Shown: piece by piece, positions 1-13,600 of the stretch
Layout: each line of letters begins with the position of its first letter
Position numbering within the stretch: the stretch's first letter is position 1
From: Balanoglossus misakiensis
Lineage: Eukaryota; Animalia; Hemichordata
Assembly (NCBI GenBank): GCA_040954595.2
Contig: CM082584.2
Coordinates: forward strand, 8,571,146 to 8,635,145
Direction: 5' to 3'
Length of the DNA: 64,000 nucleotides
Position numbers and translations under genes: made by a program
Notes under the pieces: generated by a model
What the model was told of the DNA's origin: nothing
The model's database searches: none
The model's input: only the letters and a program-made list of their open reading frames with translations

Positions 1-61
1 GTTTTTTTAACTCTCCCCTCTCCCATTCTCACTCTCTGCCCCCCCCCCCTCATATATACAG

Positions 62-532
62 GTACCACTTGTGATACCCATTTTATTCGCTCTTATCTGT
101 TACACACTGGTCTTTGTATCCATCTTCGCCTCCCCAAAAGAAGCGCTCATCGGAACTATCATTATTCTCACGGCCATACCTGTCTATTTGTACGGCGTCT
201 TGTGGCGGAATAAGCCGACAAAACTGAGAAATTTCCTCGGTGAGTACGGTGTTTTTTTACGAACGATGGAATGTTTTGATCGAGTTATGAATGGGAGTGT
301 GTGGCTGGCAGTTTATCCGTGCGACATTTTCGTTTCGATCGGAATTGTCCATAAACGAACGGTCATTTAGCACCTAATGAATGACACCGCATACGAAGAG
401 TCTATAACGGCAGCCAGTTGGTCCACAGCTCGTTCTAACCCCGCCTCGCTCCCCTTTTCCCTTCCAGACGGTTCTTTAGTCTTTTTCCAGAAATGGTGCT
501 ACGTGGTATCGCAGGAAGTGGATACGTATTGA
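62..532 (+). CDS. SLC7 (LAT/y+LAT-type) amino acid transporter light chain, last two coding exons (5' part outside window)
   Basis: Exons 62-239 and 468-532 with cag/gt sites and matching phase 1. Translation VPLVIPILFALICYTLVFVSIFASPKEALIGTIIILTAIPVYLYGVLWRNKP...FFQKWCYVVSQEVDTY* matches the two final TM helices and the W.NKP and QK..VV motifs of SLC7A5-11. Confidence 0.85.
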
Positions 533-1479
533 AGAGGTTTTTTTTGTAACCCGACTACGCCATGAACCTTAACCTTGCAATGGACGCTAGACCACAAGTG
601 CAACACGTGCACTGTATGTGTTCCGTCACTTTGACTCATCCTTCTGCATCAATGAAAAGAGGCTATGAAACTTCTATAATGTATATTTTTAAAGTGACAT
701 ATATGTACGTATGTAGTGACCGTGACGAATGGATTCACTAATCACGGTAGACTGAAAGAGCGACGAGAACAAAACTATGAAATAAGATGAGACTTTAAAA
801 TAAATTCATAAAACAGCCAAGTGTACTGTTCGACAATATTCAGTAAATTACTTACAGGTGGGCCGTGATTAATAAAAAAATGATTGGCGGTGACTATGGC
901 AATGCCAACACCAACAAAAATGAATAACTACGTCCCTTCAGCTGATTGGTCAGTGCTTAGAAATACTGCCCCTGATTGGACGATGAGAATTATGATGGCC
1001 AATCATGCTAAGGACTAAAATTAGGAATGTATATAAAACTACTGGTGAGTACTGTATTCTCTACCCTGATATGAAAAGTGGGGCGAGCAGATTTATTGAA
1101 TGTGTTTGTCTGCAGTCCTCCAGTTCAAATGATTCGCCTGTTTGTCCTCTACAAAACAGTGTCTCTTATCTGTGAAGTGCTCACACGATTTTACAGGGTT
1201 GCTATGGTTATTATCAAGTCCTGGCTGTATAAAGAATATTGGGGGGTTCACACCGGACTCATTACAGCGGTGTACCATCAGCGCTGGGCCTGGGCCAGGG
1301 CCAGTGTAGATGCTAAGTCGGCCCATATGTTATGCGCAGTAGTGGTAGCCGTAGTATGAAGAAAGGTGGTCTTGGACACCTTTCAATAAAATTCCCCCCT
1401 GCATCACCAGTATTCTGGAGCAGACCCATTGTTCTTCATAGAAAAGCATCGTATTTGATGTGAAATTTTTTTTTCATAA

Positions 1480-4400
1480 TCATCTCCTTTTCGACTGTTC
1501 TTTCCTCTTCTTTTTGCTCTCATCTCTCCTCCTCTTATTGATCGGATTCCTCGGATCATAGATGGCAAACGTGTCTTCGTCCTGTACGTTGGCATCTTTC
1601 ACCTTGGTTTCGTGGCTTTCAAACTGCAAGCGGTGATTCAACCTGAAAAGTATATATACAGTCAGAGGTTGTTAGTCATTCACATATACTAGTATGTACA
1701 TGTGACCAGTACTTGTGAGGAAATTATTCGAGTAATTGCGTTTCAAATAACTACAACTCAGATAGTTACATATTCGTATTTGGTCAATGGAAACAGGTTA
1801 TTTACATAATGCCATTTGCTCTAACCGTACTTGGTTAAATCATTTACATGTTGGGATTTCCCTTAGCCATTATTGGTCAGTGCAGGGGAGACCTCATTTA
1901 CATACCAACTACTGGTGGGAATATCATCTTCATCCTCCTCCTCCGCCTCCTCCTCATCCTCTTCAACTTTTTCTTTCCGCGGTGGCTCCTCGTCTTTCGC
2001 AGACTCTCTGAACGTCTGGAGCTGACTTTGAAATTTGGCAAGCATCGCCAAAGTCTGTGAAGTCGGAGAGGGAAAATCAGAAATGTAAAATGAATGGTGA
2101 ATATAAAGACTTTTTTTCACAGGTTCTTGACCGAATTATTTGTACAGACATATTTCTAGGAAATATATCCGAATAAAAATAGGGGAAGGGGGTTGGCTAC
2201 AAGAGGGTTGGCTACAAGAGGGTCCTTATGTTCCAATACCCGGATATGAAAGTTATATTATTATGAGATTTAATAACCTCTCCACATGTGGTTCTTACTA
2301 ACCTCATTTTCACGGCTGCTGCCTTTGGTCTGCTGTTTCCTCCTGTCTACGAATTTCCTCTTTTCTTTGTGAAACTCCGCCAGGGAATCGTTGCCATCTT
2401 CAGTGTTATCTGGACGTGCACAAAATTGAGGAGATGCACATTATGGCCAATGGTCAAAGTATCTTGCAGGAATATTTAAGACAGGGAGATTAACACATCA
2501 GTATTCTCCCCAGAGTTGTTCACCCCTTGACTACCTAGAGTGTCAAAATGTCTGAACAGTATGAACGAATTTTTCTGTTGGAGTGAATACGAGAAATTTC
2601 CATGTCACCTTCATCATTTTCTTTGCTTTCTTTTTCATCTTCTTCCTTTTGCTGCTCCTTCTTCTTTTTGGCCTCCAGCATTTCTCGCTTCAATTGACGG
2701 GATTCTTTTTTGAGTTGCTCGCTGTTTGGATGCAATTGTTTGGAAAGGAAAAAATTAATGCGAATGTTTTTGTTTCGTGAACAAATAGTACCTGTATTCA
2801 AGCAGCCCTGGACAGACTTGTTTCAACCATGCTGATCAATATTGAATGTTTACCTTCGACTCAAATTAATTTCACTGGGAATTTCTTTTTTCTTCTCGTC
2901 GCTTGGCTCGTCTGATTTCTTCAGTTTCTTTCGTATTTTCTCTCTCATCTTCTGGTTGTACTCTTCGTCAGACAGGTCATCTTCGTCCTCCGATTTGTCG
3001 TCTAGTTGTCGTTTAGGATGGACATCTGCTGGGAGGGGGTCGCTGAAATGAAATAATTGCAATTAGATTTTTTACCAAACAGGTGAAGTCTGAAACGACA
3101 GCTGAAGTGCACCCTGGTATAACGAGAAACAGGTCTACACCTGGGATCATGTGTTTGCAAACTCTCACCTTGTCTGCACAGCTGGTACTGTGCTTAACCT
3201 GGGGTCGTCTATGAGGTCATGCGCACTTTTACTTTTGGATTTCAGATCTTTGCTGACTTCCACCGATTCCTCCTCGTCTTCCTCTGCCTCCTCGCCAAAC
3301 GACAGCAAACTGAAATTTCTGTGAGGAAGAAATAAATGATAGAAAATCCTGAGATTGCAGTGGGCAAAATTTAAAGTGTGGCTCAGATAAGACAATACTG
3401 ACATTGCTATTGATTGTGCATGTTGATTTTCAAAATGGAGTCACTTACTTGGTTGCTTTGGATTTACTCGTCTGCTTCTTGTCTTTCTTCTCGTCCTTTT
3501 TAGCTATTGCTCTGGGAATGATGTCGTCGAATGGATTCGCTAAAATCTGCAAGAGGACAGTGACACCCGTTTTAATGCAGACAAACCTATATATAGACAA
3601 GTTGCCTTTATAGACAGGTCAATTAATGCACAAACTGATCCTGGAATGGTCAAAATCGAAATCTGGTCGGATGATTCTTCAAAGGGCTGAGTCATTACCT
3701 GCATGTGTTCTGATCTGGCGACAGAACAAATGACATAATTACATCATACCTGAGCACTCTTGATCTTGTGTGGCTCCAAGGGTCTGTCTTCCGGGTCCGT
3801 CTCAACCTCTGCCAGTTTCAGCATGTTGTATATGGTATTTCCAACAACCTGGCAAAATAAATATCCTTTCCACATCAGTTCACAGACCCAAGTAGCGAAA
3901 TAATCATAAACATTGTTTCGGTATTCAATCATGATGTCCACTGTTCTTTGAGAAAATAACATCCGCAGAATAAGTACTGTATGCACCATACCTTGCCAAA
4001 TAATGTGTGTTTTTTATTCAAGTTATCAGCTCGTTCCAGGGTAAAGAAGAACTGGCTGCCATTGTCATTGGGTCCGGCGTTCGCCATGGCGACCAAACCA
4101 CGGCGACTGAACCTTAACCTCTGGTGGAATTCATCCTAGTGATAAAATATGTTAGAAGTACAATACAATAAATTTCATTCAATGGTGACATAAAAGTTTT
4201 AAAATCAGAAAAATTGATGTAAAATGTGAAAGACTGATCTCTGTGACATTTCCAGACTTGCACACCTTGAATGGTTTTCCATAGATGGATTCGCCACCTT
4301 CTCCGGTTCCGGTGGGATCTCCGCCCTGCACGATGAAATTGTGGACCACCCGATGAAATATGGTCCCATTGTAGTAGCCTTCCATGCACAGCTGGATGAA

Positions 4401-4841
4401 GTTACGGCATGCTTTGGGCGCCTCCTTTGACCACAACTCTATGTCGATCTCACCAGCAGTGGTCTTCAGGAGAACCTGGTATAAAGAGGATGTGGAAGGA
4501 TACTTGTTTTATTCAAGGGGCGTGAAGATACAGGTTAATGCGCTGAAAAGAACACAGGGTGGTCAAGAATATCACTGGAGCACCTCGGTTTTGCAGAACA
4601 AGGTTTCGCATGCCCTTCAATGATGCACGTACATGTATATAAGCATAGGCCTATGTGTATAAGTGTTCATGACACTACGTTGGATGCAGGATGTAAACAT
4701 GATGCAGATCGTGCTATAATGCTTATGTTTGGGGATAAATTCAACCACCTTGGTCCATCTACGGGTGACAGGAACACATAATTGTGCACCGTATCTTACC
4801 TTTCCGTTCGTCGGGGGTTCGTGAATATAAATATTGCTCAT
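1480..4841 (-). CDS. CWC27: Spliceosome-associated cyclophilin-like protein CWC27, 11 exons, ~487 aa
   Basis: Exons 4800-4841, 4266-4475, 3992-4135, 3750-3848, 3449-3546, 3169-3318, 2854-3042, 2609-2721, 2303-2409, 1906-2054 and 1480-1642, all GT-AG and in frame. N-terminus [49 protein letters not shown], plus [17 protein letters not shown] and C-terminal [13 protein letters not shown], are characteristic of CWC27. Confidence 0.97.
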
Positions 4842-5236
4842 GTTGGACTCGCGGATTCAACTTCACAACTACGCACAGGGGGCAGCCATCTTTGATACCA
4901 TGTTCTATGCCTGCTTACTCTTTCCCGTCAACCAACTTGGTTAAAAGATAAGTTGTGAGTTTATCTACGCCTGCGGACACGGCAATATAACACTAGCTTC
5001 GGTTATATTCATATTTTTCTACATTTTTTGAAAATCTAGTTCAGAAAAACTTGTGTCAATGTAAAATTGTAAAGGCTGCGTCCAGGCGAGTTGCATCTTG
5101 GTTTGTAAACAACACGGCTAGTATTGAGGTAAATGTTTTGAGCTTCCTGTTGTCAACAGTGAAGCGTGTACTGTACGTAGTGCGACGTTTGAGAAACCTT
5201 GCTGCCCAAGACTAGGTGTTACGATCGTCACTTGAA
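4842..5236. promoter_or_regulatory. Bidirectional promoter region CWC27 / SREK1IP1
   Basis: About 400 bp separates the divergent ATGs (4841 on -, 5237 on +). A YY1-like CAGCCATCTTTG lies at ~4882-4893. Confidence 0.65.
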
Positions 5237-6453
<1,217 letters not shown>

Positions 6454-7176
6454 AAACAAAGGCAGGGTTCATACATAACACAGGGGGCGCCACATCACGA
6501 CATGGGAGACACGCAGGAGACAAAGGGATGATACAAACTCTCCATTTTCTTCTTAATTTTGAGATGTGTCTTTTTATCTTTGAAAACAACACAGCCACTG
6601 CTGAAGCCCGAGTTTTCGACGATCACTGCCTTGGACACTCAGTATAAATCATTAGAAGCGGACACAGAAGTGATTAAAACACTACAGTTTATTATTACTT
6701 GTAAATGGTTTTGATTTCACTGACATTACCGTTTTCCTTTTTATACAAACGTTTGAAAAATTACAGTGGCTGACTTGTCTGTTTCATATGATAGTTTTTT
6801 TGAAAATAAAGTTTTCTTAACAAAACATTGCCCAAGAGTTGCCTGCATCATCTATAATGCACCACCAAACACCCACCCCCCTCCCACCATCCCCAGGCAT
6901 TGTTGCGCAAAATTATAACATTTTCTTGAGTCTTGCTTAAGGCAGAAGATTCCGTCCAAAATTCAACCACTCTCTTATGTTACGCTCCAAACAATCTGAA
7001 ACAGAAGAAATGCAGTGTTAATAGCATGCTATCTGACTAATTCTGATCATAGGTGTCCACAAAACCACACTCAAATTGGGCAAATTGCAAATTGGTACAC
7101 GTTATTACATCAGGAAATCATGAAGATTGAGAAATAAATTTAGATTTTTCACATCAGACGTACAGTATTATACTTA

Positions 7177-7344
<168 letters not shown>

Positions 7345-8767
7345 TTAAACCATACACCACTCTCCCCCTTCTCCCCCCCCCCCAATGTTTCTCACTTTCT
7401 GTCTGATCTCCCTTACCTGTTGTAGGTTCTTGAGGGCCGACATCAAATGAATCTGTGTCTGGTTTCCTCTTCCTAAAAAAGGAAACATACAGAAATACAA
7501 TAAACTTTCCAGAGTTAGTGTCTTTGAGTGGACAAAATGTGGTACCTGTTCCTGTACCTCCACCAACAGTATCCAGTTTCTTGTACCACATGTAAATCAA
7601 CACAAGATACTGATACTAAGCAAGTACATGTACAAAATAAAAACATTACAAAAACGTATTCGTCTGACACTTACAGCTTAAAATTGAGGATGGCACCAGC
7701 ATTGACAAGTAATGTTCTGCAATAGAAAACAAAGGAAAAGAATGAAAGCACCAGTTCGTCTCAACATGTAACCACAATCACTGTGTGGAGTGACAGAGAT
7801 GTAACTCAACCACACTTCTAAGTTCTATTCCTCCTGTCCAAAAACACACACTGGCAAAACCTAAGATGGCAATGTTTACGTGTCACATCTGAACGAACGC
7901 CGCTTTTGACCAATGACAGTGACAGTGGTGCGCCTCACCGACGCGAAATCGATGTATCTGCATCTAACTGTCTACTCACCCGAACAAAATAAGATTAGAA
8001 ATCATGGTCGAGTGTTAAATGTTTACAAAGTATTTGGAGATTGTTGCCTTGTTGATCAATTCACTTCCCCATCCTACGTGGAAGCCGCCATATTTGATTT
8101 GATTGCGTCTTCCACTTTGGAAAGGTCACCGCTTGGTGGCGCTGTGGCACCAGGGCCAGGGGAGACGAAGGGGAGACGGACAGAGAGAGAGGGGGGGGGG
8201 GGGGGGACAGACACATTTCGGTGGGTGGGGGTTGGCTTGGGAGTGTACGAGATTGGTGATGAATACCAAATTATGTGGAATACACCCTAGTTACGTCTTG
8301 TTAGTCACCAAGTTTACTTTGAATTCAAATGCTTTATTCAAATTTCTTTTTAAAACAATTGTTTCAGCAGGAAAAAAAAAATCAAACATAAATATGACCA
8401 GCTGATGAAATGAAGCCGTTGAAAATGACGGCATGCGCGAATACAGAAAATTAACTGCTGTGGTTGGTTTCTGAAAATATTTCACACGTATTTTTGCATG
8501 CAATTGGCCAAAAATAGGTGTTAATATAATACTGTCAAATTTGAACCATCCGACGGCCTGTCACGGGGCTAAACTGGAAACCTACAAGTACGGTCTAGTG
8601 TAAATATCGAAATGAACACGATATGTACAGAAAAACACGATCACAACAAACGCACCGAACGAAAACAAACTACAGTCATTGAAAGAAATTTTGATTATTT
8701 GTTTTTCGGTTTGTACGTATATCGATAGTGTAAATCACAGCACTAGAACATGTATGTCTATGCGCCT

Positions 8768-9949
8768 TTACAGTGTTTCTGTTGTTGGGTTTTGCTCTGA
8801 AGGTTGGCTCTGATCCGAATCTTCGGCTTCCATAATCTCGATGTTCGGTAAATTGCGTACTGCATTTTTCTGCTCCAGCCCCGGATTTTCAGTTGTCGTC
8901 GGCTTCTCGGAAACGCTCTCACTTTTTGAGATTTCCCGTTCCCCGCCTTTACTTTCAATTATGTTTTTGTCAGCGCAGATTCCGCTGCTGTCCGATTCGT
9001 TCTGCTCGTCCGATTCGGAAACCTCGTCGTACTTGATGAAAATCCCCCTCCCTTCTTGTTTCAGGTATATCTGGGCGTTTCTTTTCTTTCGTCTGCTCGG
9101 CCTGGGGTATCCCTTGGTTTCGACCGGCGCCGGCGGGGTGTTTTGCCGACCTCCTCCTAACAACTCAGAATCCGTCTTCGACCGCCGGCGGAGACTCATC
9201 GGGCTCGCATCCCTTTGGTGGTTTACCGTGTCGCTGAATTCGACCCGTTTCACGCCGCTTCTGGGCCTGGAGTCGCTGCTCGGTCTCAACTGCTCCGTCG
9301 AAGGGCGGCGCTCGATCACGGTGGACAGTAAACGCGTCGGTGACGCGTCGCCGCCCGTCCGAAGTTTGCTGCCACCCACCGACAGCTTCTTCTTGCGAGC
9401 CGTCTTTTTCTCGATGATTTTCTGACACTTCATATCCGTCAAAATCTGACCCGCTTCGGAGCTCATCAGCTGGGATACTATCGGCGTCTCGGCTTTCACG
9501 GGCTCATTTCCGACTTCGTCCTTCTCATTGTCCTTTTCCCCTTCGCTTCCGTCACCCGAACCGTCTTCGTCTTCCTCTCCGATACCGCCGGAAAGGGTGT
9601 TAAACTTGAGGAAGGTGCCAAGAATGTCGATCCCTCCCGAATGCAGCCGACTGAAATCACTTAATGAGCTTCCGACAACGCTGCTCCTTCGCCTCCTCTG
9701 AATCAACGGGGCGCTCTTTGTGCCGGACACGTCAGCTCTGTCCGACCCGGGCGGGAAAACCGACAGGGCTCGCCTCAACTGCATATACTTCAGTTCCTTG
9801 AGCCGCCTCTGCAATTCCTTTCTCTCTTCATCGTAGTCCAACACCTGCGACAAGACAAACTGTGCGAAGTTCGGCGAGTCGGGGTTTGGAAATTGGAGCA
9901 GACTTTCTCGGCGTTGCTTACTTTCTCGGCGCTGTTTAGTACTGGCCAT
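8768..9949 (-). CDS. Uncharacterised intronless 393-aa protein, mostly disordered, N-terminal predicted helix/coiled coil, RVxF motif
   Basis: A 1.2-kb stop-free GC-rich ORF in an AT-rich background. The ATG at 9949 is in a good Kozak context (gagATGG) with an in-frame TGA shortly upstream. No recognisable domain. Confidence 0.8.
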   Translation of the reverse strand: MASTKQRRESKQRRESLLQFPNPDSPNFAQFVLSQVLDYDEERKELQRRLKELKYMQLRRALSVFPPGSDRADVSGTKSAPLIQRRRRSSVVGSSLSDFSRLHSGGIDILGTFLKFNTLSGGIGEEDEDGSGDGSEGEKDNEKDEVGNEPVKAETPIVSQLMSSEAGQILTDMKCQKIIEKKTARKKKLSVGGSKLRTGGDASPTRLLSTVIERRPSTEQLRPSSDSRPRSGVKRVEFSDTVNHQRDASPMSLRRRSKTDSELLGGGRQNTPPAPVETKGYPRPSRRKKRNAQIYLKQEGRGIFIKYDEVSESDEQNESDSSGICADKNIIESKGGEREISKSESVSEKPTTTENPGLEQKNAVRNLPNIEIMEAEDSDQSQPSEQNPTTETL

Positions 9950-10650
9950 CTCTGGTCTCAACACAGATTTAAGTGTCAAGCAACTACTCTTGATTCAGAG
10001 TCGGTCGTTCAACCACATCCAGTTAGAAACGGTCCCATGACAGCCGAAACCCCCCTTTCCACGTAGCGATCGTGGACGGAAATGCGGCGGCCGAAACGGG
10101 TGGCAGATACCGCAGTGTTTCGTGTGGGGGAACTGTTTGCTCTACTCGTCGCCACTCCGGTCACTTGGCGACGTACCTTCGTGTTTACGAAACACAATAT
10201 CGGAACGTGGTTTAATATTACGGTCGGGTCATTCGTAAACAAATGCTGGCGAAACTCAAGTCATTCCAAAATGCGTGCGCGCGTATAGTAAACTGCGGGT
10301 TTTGTCTTCTCGCGTTGCAAGATGTGTTCATTCACTCCTCGAAACATTATCCAGGCAGCAACAGTCTCAGGGATATTTTTGTGGTGGAGTTACTGTAAGA
10401 AACGGTTGAATTTCAGCCACCCGACGCTGCGATCCTGGCGAAAGAGGGCAGCTGAATTTCTACACCTGAATGCGCCGCCGTTAACCGACCGACTTCACAT
10501 CTTCCAAGATGCCTATACATGTATATGGATCACGAATTTGCGATCTGCACGAATCGGGGTCCCATGTGCTCACGCTCGATAACAAAGCGGGATCTATCAA
10601 TCTTACTGTTTAATTAAAATGCTTAAAAAGACACTACTAATTTTTTATCA

Positions 10651-13600
10651 TTTCAATATCTACGCTGCGTTTTTTATCTGTCGGGTATAAGAAACATGCA
10701 GGGAAACTTGATCATTTTTTTGCCGCGGTTCACTTGGGCAAATCTGAATACGGAGTGCTCAGCAGAGAGAAAGATAAACTCGCTAAAGCTGTGTATTTCC
10801 TTCCGCATGACCAACCAAGGAGCGAAAAAGTTGTTATTTAGGCCGTAATAAAACGTTTTTGTCGCCGAGGAGTGAAAAAAGAACGGTCAGATCGTTGCGG
10901 TGCAGGGAATTCTTAATCGCACCGCTGCGGTGCAAGGAACTCTTATTTGCACCGCTGCGGTGCAAATAAGATCATTGGAGTTATGCTGTAATATAGTGCG
11001 CAAATTTTCCGACTTTCCAGTACACATCGTGATGGCGAAGGGTTCAGGAAGGCTAGCCTTTTACCTGAAGGTGTCAACTGATGTTGGTTCGAGACCACTT
11101 TTTTTCTATTTCTTTTTTTTGTGAGAACTTTTAACGACATTATCATTGTAATTTTTATCATTTTCATAAATCCAATTCATTTCAATATCTACGCTGCGTT
11201 TTTTATCTGTCGGGTATAAGAAACATGCAGGGAAACTTGGTCATTTTTTTGTCGCGGTTCACTTGGGCAAATCTGAATACGGAGTGCTCAGCAGAGAGAA
11301 AGATAAACTCGCTAAAACCGTGTATTTCCGTCCGCATGACCAACCAAGCAGCGAAAAAGTCGTTATTTAGGCCGTAACAAAACGTTTTTGTCGCCGAGGA
11401 GTGAAAAAAGAACGGTCAGATCGTTGCGGTGCAGGGAATTCTTAATCGCACCGCTGCGGTGCAAGGAACTCTTATTTGCACCGCTGCGGTGCAAATAAGA
11501 ATTGCACCGCTGCGGTGCAAATAAGATCATTGGAGTTATGCTGTAATATAGTGCGGAAATTTTCCTACTTTCCAGTACACATCGCGATGGCGAAGGGTTC
11601 AGGAAGGTTTACGTTTTACCTGAAGGTGTCAACTGATGTTGGTTCGAGACCACTTTTTTTTCTATTTCTTTTTTTTTGTGAGAACTTTTAACGACATTAT
11701 CATTGTAATTTTTATCATTTTCATAAATCCAATTCATTTCAATATCTACGCTGCGTTTTTTATCTGTCGGGTATAAGAAACATGCAGGGAAACTTGATCA
11801 TTTTTTTGTCGCGGTTCACTTGGGCAAATCTGAATACGGAGTGCTCAGCAGAGAGAAAGATAAACTCGCTAAAACCGTGTATTTCCGTCCGCATGACCAA
11901 CCAAGCAGCGAAAAAGTCGTTATTTAGGCCGTAACAAAACGTTTTTGTCGCCGAGGAGTGAAAAAAGAACGGTCAGATCGTTGCGGTGCAGGGAATTCTT
12001 AATCGCACCGCTGCGGTGCAAGGAACTCTTATTTGCATCGCTGCGGTGCAAATAAGAATTGCACCGCTGCGGTGCAAATAAGATCATTGGAGTTATGCTG
12101 TAATATAGTGCGGAAATTTTCCGACTTTCCAGTACACATCGCGATGGCGAAGGGTTCAGGAAGGCTAACGTTTTACCTGAAGGTGTCAACTGATGTTGGT
12201 TCGAGACCACTTTTTTTTCTATTTCTTTTTTTTTGTGAGAACTTTTAACGACATTATCATTGTAATTTTTATCATTTTCATAAATCCAATTCATTTCAAT
12301 ATCTACGCTGCGTTTTTTATCTGTCGGGTATAAGAAACATGCAGGGAAACTTGATCATTTTTTTGTCGCGGTTCACTTGGGCAAATCTGAATACGGAGTG
12401 CTCAGCAGAGAGAAAGATAAACTCGCTAAAACCGTGTATTTCCGTCCGCATGACCAACCAAGCAGCGAAAAAGTCGTTATTTAGGCCGTAACAAAACGTT
12501 TTTGTCGCCGAGGAGTGAAAAAAGAACGGTCAGATCGTTGCGGTGCAGGGAATTCTTAATCGCACCGCTGCGGTGCAAGGAACTCTTATTTGCACCGCTG
12601 CGGTGCAAATAAGAATTGCACCGCTGCGGTGCAAATAAGATCATTGGAGTTATGCTGTAATATAGTGCGGAAATTTTCCGACTTTCCAGTACACATCGCG
12701 ATGGCGAAGGGTTCAGGAAGGCTAACGTTTTACCTGAAGGTGTCAACTGATGATGGTTCGAGACCACTTTTTTTTCTATTTCTTTTTTTTTTGTGTGAGA
12801 ACTTTTAACGACATTATCATTGTAATTTTTATCATTTTCATAAATCCAATTCATTTCAATATCTACGCTGCGTTTTTTATCTGTCGGGTATAAGAAACAT
12901 GCAGGGAAACTTGGTCATTTTTTGTCGCGGTTCACTTGGGCAAATCTGAATGCGGAGTGCTCAGCAGAGAGAAAGATAAACTCGCTAAAACCGTGTATTT
13001 CCGTCCGCATGACCAACCAAGCAGCGAAAAAGTCGTTATTTAGGCCGTAACAAAACGTTTTTGTCGCCGAGGAGTGAAAAAAGAACGGTCAGATCGTTGC
13101 GGTGCAGGGAATTCTTAATCGCACCGCTGCGGTGCAAGGAACTCTTATTTGCACCGCTGCGGTGCAAATAAGAATTGCACCGCTGCGGTGCAAATAAGAT
13201 CATTGGAGTTATGCTGTAATATAGTGCGGAAATTTTCCTACTTTCCAGTACACATCGCGATGGCGAAGGGTTCAGGAAGGTTTACGTTTTACCTGAAGGT
13301 GTCAACTGATGTTGGTTCGAGACCACTTTTTTTTCTATTTCTTTTTTTTTGTGAGAACTTTTAACGACATTATCATTGTAATTTTTATCATTTTCATAAA
13401 TCCAATTCATTTCAATATCTACGCTGCGTTTTTTATCTGTCGGGTATAAGAAACATGCAGGGAAACTTGATCATTTTTTTGTCGCGGTTCACTTGGGCAA
13501 ATCTGAATACGGAGTGCTCAGCAGAGAGAAAGATAAACTCGCTAAAACCGTGTATTTCCGTCCGCATGACCAACCAAGCAGCGAAAAAGTCGTTATTTAG

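Noticed and set aside
2190-2223. 16-bp tandem duplication GGGTTGGCTACAAGAG in CWC27 intron
   Set aside because: An ordinary slippage duplication with no sign of function.
8841-9425. 194-aa plus-strand ORF
   Set aside because: Antisense shadow of the GC-rich 393-aa ORF. It starts from a weak context and has no independent features.
9950-9979. TTG-initiated 10-aa extension (with a SILK-like KSVLR) of the orphan ORF
   Set aside because: No ATG, and an in-frame stop lies just upstream. The ATG at 9949 has a strong Kozak context. It could only be coding if an unseen upstream exon splices in.
13255-13335. tRNA gene in each repeat unit
   Set aside because: A/B-box-like motifs are present, but no acceptor stem or anticodon arm can be folded.
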